64,000 bases of DNA from Octopus vulgaris (lineage: Eukaryota): assembly GCA_951406725.2 (NCBI GenBank), contig OX597831.1, positions 71,672,001 to 71,736,000 on the forward strand. Reading direction: 5' to 3'. This document shows, piece after piece, positions 57,126 through 64,000 of the stretch. The notes below the pieces were generated by a model. It was not told where the DNA came from. It searched no databases and saw only the letters and a program-made list of their open reading frames with translations. A program made the position numbers and the translations under genes. Each line of letters starts with the position of its first letter. Positions within the stretch are counted from its first letter, which is position 1.

Positions 57126-57634
57126 CTCCCTCTCTCTCTCTCTCTCACTCGTTCACTCTCTCTCTCTCCTCTCCCTCTCTCACATACACTCACAAACACA
57201 TACATAGATACATACGCACAAGTAGACACATATACCTGATATTTGCGTGTGTGTGTGTCTGTGCGTGTGTGTGTGTGCATCTTTCTTTTGTGTTTGTATG
57301 TACATGTCTATGAACGCCGCTATGTATGTATGTATACACACATACACACACATGCACACACACACACACACAAACACACACACAAACACACATATATACA
57401 CACAAATATATCCATGTTTGTTTTATCAAACAACGCAATTCAGCTAACTAGCCATTCGATAAACAGATATCGATAAAACAAAATGCCCAACTAAAATAAA
57501 TAAATGCCGAAATAAATGATGGCGTCCATATATATATACTTTTGAAAGGAATGTCAGTGTATGATGCCTGCAGATTCAACAACCGAAGCCAGTAAACAAA
57601 TGATGAGAAAAGCAAAAGAGTCATTACACGTTAT

Positions 57635-57780
57635 AGGCGCAGGAGTGCTTACCAACCACATGGTTCCGGGTTCATTCCCACTGCGTGGCGCCTTGGGCAA
57701 GTGTTTCCTACTATAGTCTCGGGCCGACCAAAGCATTGTGAGTGGATTTGGTAGACGGAAACTGAAAGAAGCCTGTCGTA

Positions 57781-57841
<61 letters not shown>

Positions 57842-58160
57842 CGGGAAGCTTTATGAAAATAGACAAAAGACGAAGGCAGGTGGAAAACAAACGAACAATT
57901 GTATTAGTATGGCGCTCAGGAAATATATATATATATATATATATATATGGATGTGTGTGTTTGTGTGTCTGTGTGCTTGACAACCGATGCTGGTGTGTTT
58001 ACGTCCCCGTAACGTATCGGTTCGGCAAAAAGAGACCGATAAATTAAGTACTAGGCTTAGAAAGAGTAAGTCCTGTGGGTCGATTTGATTCTACTAAAGG
58101 TGGTGCTCCAGCATGGCAAAAGTCAAATATGACTGAAACAAGTAAAAGGATAAAAGAAAC
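57635..58160 (+). mobile_element. SINE family A with nested family E fragment
   Basis: Family match with a short deletion in the head. Confidence 0.85.
57840..57925 (-). mobile_element. Repeat family E, copy 4 (short), nested in the microsatellite of a SINE A
   Basis: Nearly identical to 40708-40795; (TA)n on both sides. Confidence 0.65.
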
Positions 58161-58189
58161 GAAAAGAAAGAACATGCACGCGCACAACA

Positions 58190-58770
58190 CATATATCATC
58201 GTTATCGTCGTCATAATCATCATCATCGGTATTCTCATCGTCGTGGTGGCAGTGGTGGCAGTGGTGGCGGCGGTGGCGGTGGTCGTTGTTGTCATCTTCA
58301 TCGTTATTGTTATTGTCATCATCTTAATCGTCATCGTCTTCATGAACATCACAGCTTCGTTGTCAGCATCCACTTCCTTCTCATCATCATCCCGGTTGTC
58401 GTCGTCATCATCCGCCGCCACCACAATCATCATCGTCGTCGCGCTATGGTTGTTGTGACCGTTGTGACTGTCGTGGTCGTCGTAGTCGCAGTCGTCGTCG
58501 TCGCCGTCATCGTGGTCGCCGTCGTCGTAGTCACCGTCGTCGTGGTCGCCGTCGTCGCCGTCGCCGTCGTCGTCGTAGTCGCCGTCGTCGTAGTCGCCGT
58601 CGTCCTGGTCGCCGTGGTCGTGGTCACCGTGGTCGTCGTAGTCGCCGTCGTCCTGGTCGCCGTGGTCGTGGTCGTCGTGGTCACCGTGGTCGTCGTGGTC
58701 GCCGTCGTCGTGGTCGCCGTCGTCGTGATCGCCGTCGTCGTCGTTGTGGTTTCGTAGACGTTCGTCATCA
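58190..58770. repeat. Degenerate trinucleotide array, (ATC)n grading into GC-rich (GTC)n
   Basis: gtcgccgtcgtcgta/gtg units. Confidence 0.9.
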
Positions 58771-59811
58771 GAGGAATGGAATGGGATGATGGTGATAATA
58801 AAGTTTTTAAACTTCCACCAGTCAGCTTATCTGCTCTGGCTGCTAAGCAAGTTGATATATAACAGCAACTAACTGTAGTCGCTGACTATCAACTTCAGTG
58901 TTCCTCTCTCACTTAAGCATATCCATCATTAAACATGACACAGCCTCTTCTCTTTGAGTGGCCTAGTGCAGGGAGAGATAGGTAGGTAGATAAATATATA
59001 AGGATGGGCAGGGATGGAAAGAGAGAAAGAAAGAGAGAGAGAGAAGGGGGTACTGGGGGTATTTCCCATGGCATTCATTAAAAATATATGAAACAGCATG
59101 TCTTCAAAGTCTTTTAATATCTTTATTATCGTGAGAAGGATTTAAGTGTTTTTATCATTAGTGATGTGACTCTAAACAGCCGAGCGGGAGCGAATTAGTT
59201 ATAAACGATTACTTCACTAGCAATTAAGCAATCGCTAAGCAATCCTATTTTCTATAGCCAATTAATGTACAATTCTTTATCCTAATGTACCCAGTGATTC
59301 ATTCATTACTCCTTCAGCTTGCACGGCGAAAGCTATGCCTCGCTGAAGAGGTTATAATAAAGCCTAAACAGTCAGGCGCTGTGTAGCTCGTTTTTGTCAT
59401 GAAAATAAAGAAACAGTATAAAAGCGCCGAATAATCATTGCTAATTTGGGATTTGGTTGGTTTGGCTGCCAGCATTTCAGAAATTAGAAACAGGATTTGG
59501 AAGCTGTCATACTGTGCGTGTCTGCATCCTGGAAATAGCACGAGTTGTCAGTATTTGTAAACAACATGTGCTTTGTGGTTTGAACCATTCAATATACATT
59601 CAATGCGATAATAGAAACTTAAAAGATTTATCCAAAAAAAGTGTTATTTAGCTGTTATTTTTAGCACACTTCACAACCACCTCAATGACAAAAAGAAACG
59701 AGTAAACAAGTAGTTTTAAGCATTCAATGTGCATTTAATGCAAATGCAATGAACAACGTGTTACATTCGATAAACACATTACAATGTTTCCCCCAAAATC
59801 GTTTCAATACA

Positions 59812-60318
59812 ATGTGAGGTATACTTGCCACCTCAATATGGCTAACCACAAAGGGTGGGTGTTACAGTAACACCCACCCTTAGTGGTTAGCCATATTGAG
59901 GTGGCAAATATACCTCACATTGTTGAGCAGTAACTGTTTATAACCTCATTCAGAGATTTATTATTGCTTGCATACACTTTTTCAAGATCAGTGACGAAAA
60001 GTTACTGGAAAAGGATATATGTATTTGCATTAGGACCTCCTTTCATCGAAAACCGGTGATTGTCGTGCGCTGATGACGGGTCAATACCCAGAAACTGCAG
60101 TCCGTGCGTATCACTTAGGTTGACGAGGGAAGGATGACCTCCCTTTGCAAATACCGATAGGGCACAGAAAATGTGTCAATAGCCAGCTGGAGGAGAGGTT
60201 CTCCTGGGGCTACAAGCTACAGTAACACCCACCCTTAGTGGTTAGCCATATTGAGGTGGCAAATATCCCTCACATTGTCGTCAGTTACTGTCTATACTTC
60301 GTTCAGAGATTTATTATT
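59812..60318 (+). mobile_element. Non-autonomous Penelope-like / retrozyme-type element carrying a hammerhead ribozyme
   Basis: 11-bp TSD GTTTCAATACA (59801-59811, 60319-60329); 5' inverted segment forming a palindrome 59809-59923; direct repeat starting at 59863 and 60218 (period 355 bp); hammerhead core at 60064-60108. Confidence 0.8.
60064..60108 (+). ncRNA. Type I minimal hammerhead ribozyme motif
   Basis: CGTGCG-CTGATGA-C-GGGT-CAAT-ACCC-A-GAAA-C-TGCA-G-TC-CGTGCG: stem I (6 bp with two GU pairs), CUGAUGA and GAAA cores, stem II, short stem III with a palindromic loop, and a GUC cleavage triplet. Confidence 0.8.
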
Positions 60319-61683
60319 GTTTCAATACAGTTTTAACAAAAAGATTTGGAAGAAGTAGATGAAAGTTCTCCGGTAATTTTCTTTCGTGTAAATAAATGTT
60401 TTTGTAAATTTAAAAGGTTTATCCAAAAACCATTATTTAACTATTATTTTTAGCACGCCTCACAACTCCCTCAATGACAGAAAAAATACAAAGAAACGTG
60501 TAGTTCTTAGTATTCAATATGCATTTAATGCGAATGCGATGAACAACACGTTACAAATTAAATATTTTTTTTAAATCAAACATTTTGTTGACCATTTCAT
60601 AAATTCACATGTTCAATTGTAAACATACAGGTAAAGCAATTGGTTTCAATCTATTTGTCAACGCGTGCTTTCTCGCAGACAAAGGAGTTCTCATGTTCCG
60701 CTTGTTACTATGGACAAAACGGGAAATTATATGACATTAAGATAAATACAGGTGTATCAAATAATATAAAACATAAATACTTGATCTGCTGAAGCTATCA
60801 CCACCACTAGAAGATGTATCATGATTACCAAATAGCAGCACCATACGAGAAGCGGAAACAATCTCAAAAATCAAAAATTTCCTAAAATTGTTACACTATT
60901 AGGGAAAGTGCATGATTAAAATCTGGAGATGAGAGGATGGTCGTCGACACGTGTTTCTGACTCAAAGGGCATCATCTGTATGGCAATTTCCCAACCTTAT
61001 CTCTAGTAGCCAAGGAATTTACACTTATACAAAACTAATTCTATCTCTATTTGAAGTGGGATATTGCGATGAGAATTGAACTCTTCAGGCTTTTTCTATC
61101 TGGTGCTAACAGCTTTAACGTGTCAGCCTAGTTTGACCTTTACTGCTACACATGTACCAACTGGGCCTTCTGCCCTGCGCCACAAGTTTGATTCACTTCC
61201 TTTCGCACCTCCATGATAACTTTGTGGTCACATGGGTTCATCAGAACCAGGATGTCCATGCAAACTCCACCACTCCACATGTTGCAGATCACCTCTGCAC
61301 ATAACACGTATCCGTACTGGCACACAAGCGTGGCGAAAAAGTAAGGGTCTCTATCTGAGTTCTTCGGATACACTGAGACCTGTGCACAATGTGTCCCCTC
61401 TTTAATTAAGACGGATGGGTGAGATTTGAGAAAGCTTTGATAGCTATTTCTACGAATACAATTAGGCACATACTCTCTTCTGGTTTGTGCGCTCTGGCAT
61501 GACGGTACAACTTGTCGCACACAAAAGTGTACCGCGTTATGAACGTTTGATTATGAGTTTTTTGAAGTTATACTAATGACAATCTGGCGTTTGCCGAAAA
61601 TATTTGCTCGATATGTAATCATCAATGCTCAGTGCAGTACTCAGATTTCCGTTACTCTTTTCCTCAATTCGTATTTTATAGAG

Positions 61684-61961
61684 CAGCGATCGGCAACATT
61701 TTTGTGGTGGTCCATTTCTGATTTTTTGACATTCATCCACGGCGGCCGATACTTAGATATCTTAGATATAAAATTATCCCCATGCATCTATCTCTCATTT
61801 CCTTGACTAGTAATTCTTAAATAAGCAGCATTAAACAAATTGTGGCATAAACAACTATATAGAAACAGTAAAATACTTTACTACCTACAAATGCATTAAC
61901 TTTGAAGAATTCTTAGTAAGGTTTCGATGCCCACAGAGAACATTTCTGTAACCGATCCCTA
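61684..61961. mobile_element. Degraded hAT-type MITE
   Basis: CAGCGATCGGCAAC ... GTAACCGATCCCTA imperfect terminal inverted repeat. Confidence 0.4.
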
Positions 61962-62279
61962 CTACAAAGTTAACAGCAAGCTAACATAATATAGCGAACA
62001 ATTAAACAATTGAAATTCCACCAGTAATTAGGAAAGTAATTAGCTTTAATGATAATTCTTGTTAACGAAACAAGGGAAAATTTATATAGATTAAGGATAT
62101 GCAAAGGGAGTGTGTCCGAACTATGATAAAGTGTGCGTTAATTTACTGAAGTAAATAGATTTTAATAGATTAAAATTACATTTCCAGTAATGAGAAAAGT
62201 ATCAAGGTATCCAAGATGATGACGCTGGACATGGTTTCGGTCCTATTAGTCTTAGAATAAGTGAAAGTATATAGCTTGT

Positions 62280-62583
62280 GGAGGCGCAATGGCCCAGTGG
62301 TTAGGGCAGCGGTCTCGCGGTCGTAGGATCGCGGTTTCGATTCCCAGACCGGGCGTTGTGAGTGTTTATTGAGCGAAAACACCTTAAAAGCTCCACGAAG
62401 CTCCGGCAGGGGGTGGTGATCCCTGCTGTACTCTTTCGCCACTCTTTCTTTCACTCTTTCTTCTGTTGGCCTGCTCGCTTAGCCAGCGGGGTGGCGTCAT
62501 TCGGAGGCTAAAACAATGTGAACGCATTGTGACCAGCGATGTGTAACAACATCTGATGGTCTGGTCGGTCACGTGATCACGTG
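62280..62583 (+). mobile_element. SINE family C (tRNA-like head), full length with TSD; other copies at 34002-34305 (+) and 5880-5993 (-, partial)
   Basis: GGAGGCGCAATGGCCCAGTGGTTAGG A-box, GGTTTCGATTCCC B-box; 11-bp TSD ATATAGCTTGT (62269-62279, 62584-62594). Confidence 0.9.
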
Positions 62584-64000
62584 ATATAGCTTGTACGTGA
62601 AAATAATTCCTTGATATAGCAATTTGAAATGGTATTTAAAAATTTCCTATGAATACCTTCGGCCTGAGGAACGTACAGGTTGACAAAGTGAGTCAAACTA
62701 TAGTACGGTTCATCAAAGACTGTAAGTTTGAGAAAAGCTTTCTTTGCGTATACAAAAGAATTCCATCTGCAGTTCCTTTCCAGCACTGTTAGGTGCCAGC
62801 GTATCAACAAAATAGAGGGTGCCGAGATGGCTAAATAACGGAGAAGACGCTCCAATCTGAGTAGAGTATTCCACTCATGTATGGAGCGCAAGCAAGTGTT
62901 TGCTCGAATTACTAAAGAGATATATCCTTGATGAATGACTGGAAAGTAGCTGCCGGCGGCAAAGCTGCTATTTGTGGTTTACACATAACAATATTTTCTT
63001 TATTTTTAGCGAGGTCATAAAATTCGAAGAGCAGAACAATCGAATAAAACATGATCAGTTCTTGACTGGTACTTATTTTCTCGTTCACAGTGTCATGAAA
63101 GACAAACTCGACTCCAGCAATTTTAGTTCACTCTCGATTTTGCCAGTCAAAGTTAATCTAATCTTAAACAATAATTACACAAAACTTCGTCATAAGGCCA
63201 ACATTTTAAGCAAGATTTAGGCATAAAGTCACACATTTCAAGGAAAACTTGATGTGCAACACCTGGCAGATACTTATTGTTTCGATTCCCAAAATGTTTA
63301 GGGCAAAATCGACATATGAAGCTAAACTCAGGAAATAAAGTGACGTAACAAATTAGCAAAACTTGTTTCATATGATATGCTGAACTAAATCTGAAACGCC
63401 AGATTCTCTCGTAATCATAATCTTATTATAATGATGATTATGTAGCGATTTATATATATATATATGTCACCGGTAAAACCATTATTTCTATCAATCTCCC
63501 TAAGTCACTTAAACTACAATGATATCCATTAACCCTTTCTACTACAAGCACAGAGCCTGAAATTTCGTTGGAGGAGGCTAGTCGATTACATCGACCCCAG
63601 TACTTCACTGGGACTTGTTTTATCGACCCCGAAAGAGTGAAAGTCAAAGTCGACTTCGGCGGAATATGAACTCATAAGGTAAACACAGACGAAGTGATAT
63701 CCAGTAATAAAAGTTTTAAGAGCAAAGCCTTCCTAAATTGTCAAGCCGAAAACCGAAATTGAACGGGATCTTTAGATCTTCAGTCTTATGTTCTCAGAGG
63801 TGAACTATTTTGGCTCGCATGGTCTCCTACCAGCAAGTGTTTTGGTACTGAGACTGATCGGCTGCAATACTTGTACACTTGTTTATGGCTGCCTTTAGCC
63901 CAACACTGATTCTGACGGTGGGATTTGAACTCAAAACGGATAAAGCCGATACGGAAACTGCCAGGCATCGACTCTCACACATAACGCTAATACACTGCTA

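Noticed and set aside
58044-58768. Thr-rich mucin-like and Val-rich ORFs
   Set aside because: Trinucleotide repeat open on both strands, directly after a SINE tail, with no signal peptide or evident splice context.
62280-62355. tRNA gene candidates (also at 34002, 5930, 14720)
   Set aside because: A/B boxes are present, but each runs into a SINE body, with a TSD at 62280 and no convincing acceptor stem; these are SINE heads.

Overview
AT-rich, repeat-dense animal genomic DNA. The tRNA-derived SINE families and abundant (TA)n/(CATA)n microsatellites point to an octopus/cephalopod genome (inference), and there is one 100-N scaffold gap. Only two credible genes are present: tandem paralogous class A (rhodopsin-like) peptide-receptor-like GPCRs on the minus strand, each with an uninterrupted CDS (16485-17588 and 28908-30059). 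The rest is mobile DNA: four SINE families (dozens of copies, several with clean target-site duplications), Tc1/mariner, maT, Tigger and hAT derivatives, decayed CR1/RTE/R4-type LINEs, and simple repeats. Three signals stand out. (1) A TSD-flanked ~0.5 kb non-coding element (59812-60318) has Penelope-type inverted plus direct repeats and a near-canonical type I hammerhead ribozyme, making it a retrozyme candidate, and four further unrelated hammerhead-like families sit in microsatellites. (2) A short uORF (M-[RK]-x-Q-R-x-S-S-K-x-x-K) is conserved upstream of both diverged GPCR paralogs. (3) SINE behaviour is unusual: a dimeric subfamily moves as one unit, tails are swapped between families, and an internal microsatellite acts as a landing pad for other elements. 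Almost all other ORFs in the track are microsatellite or SINE artefacts.
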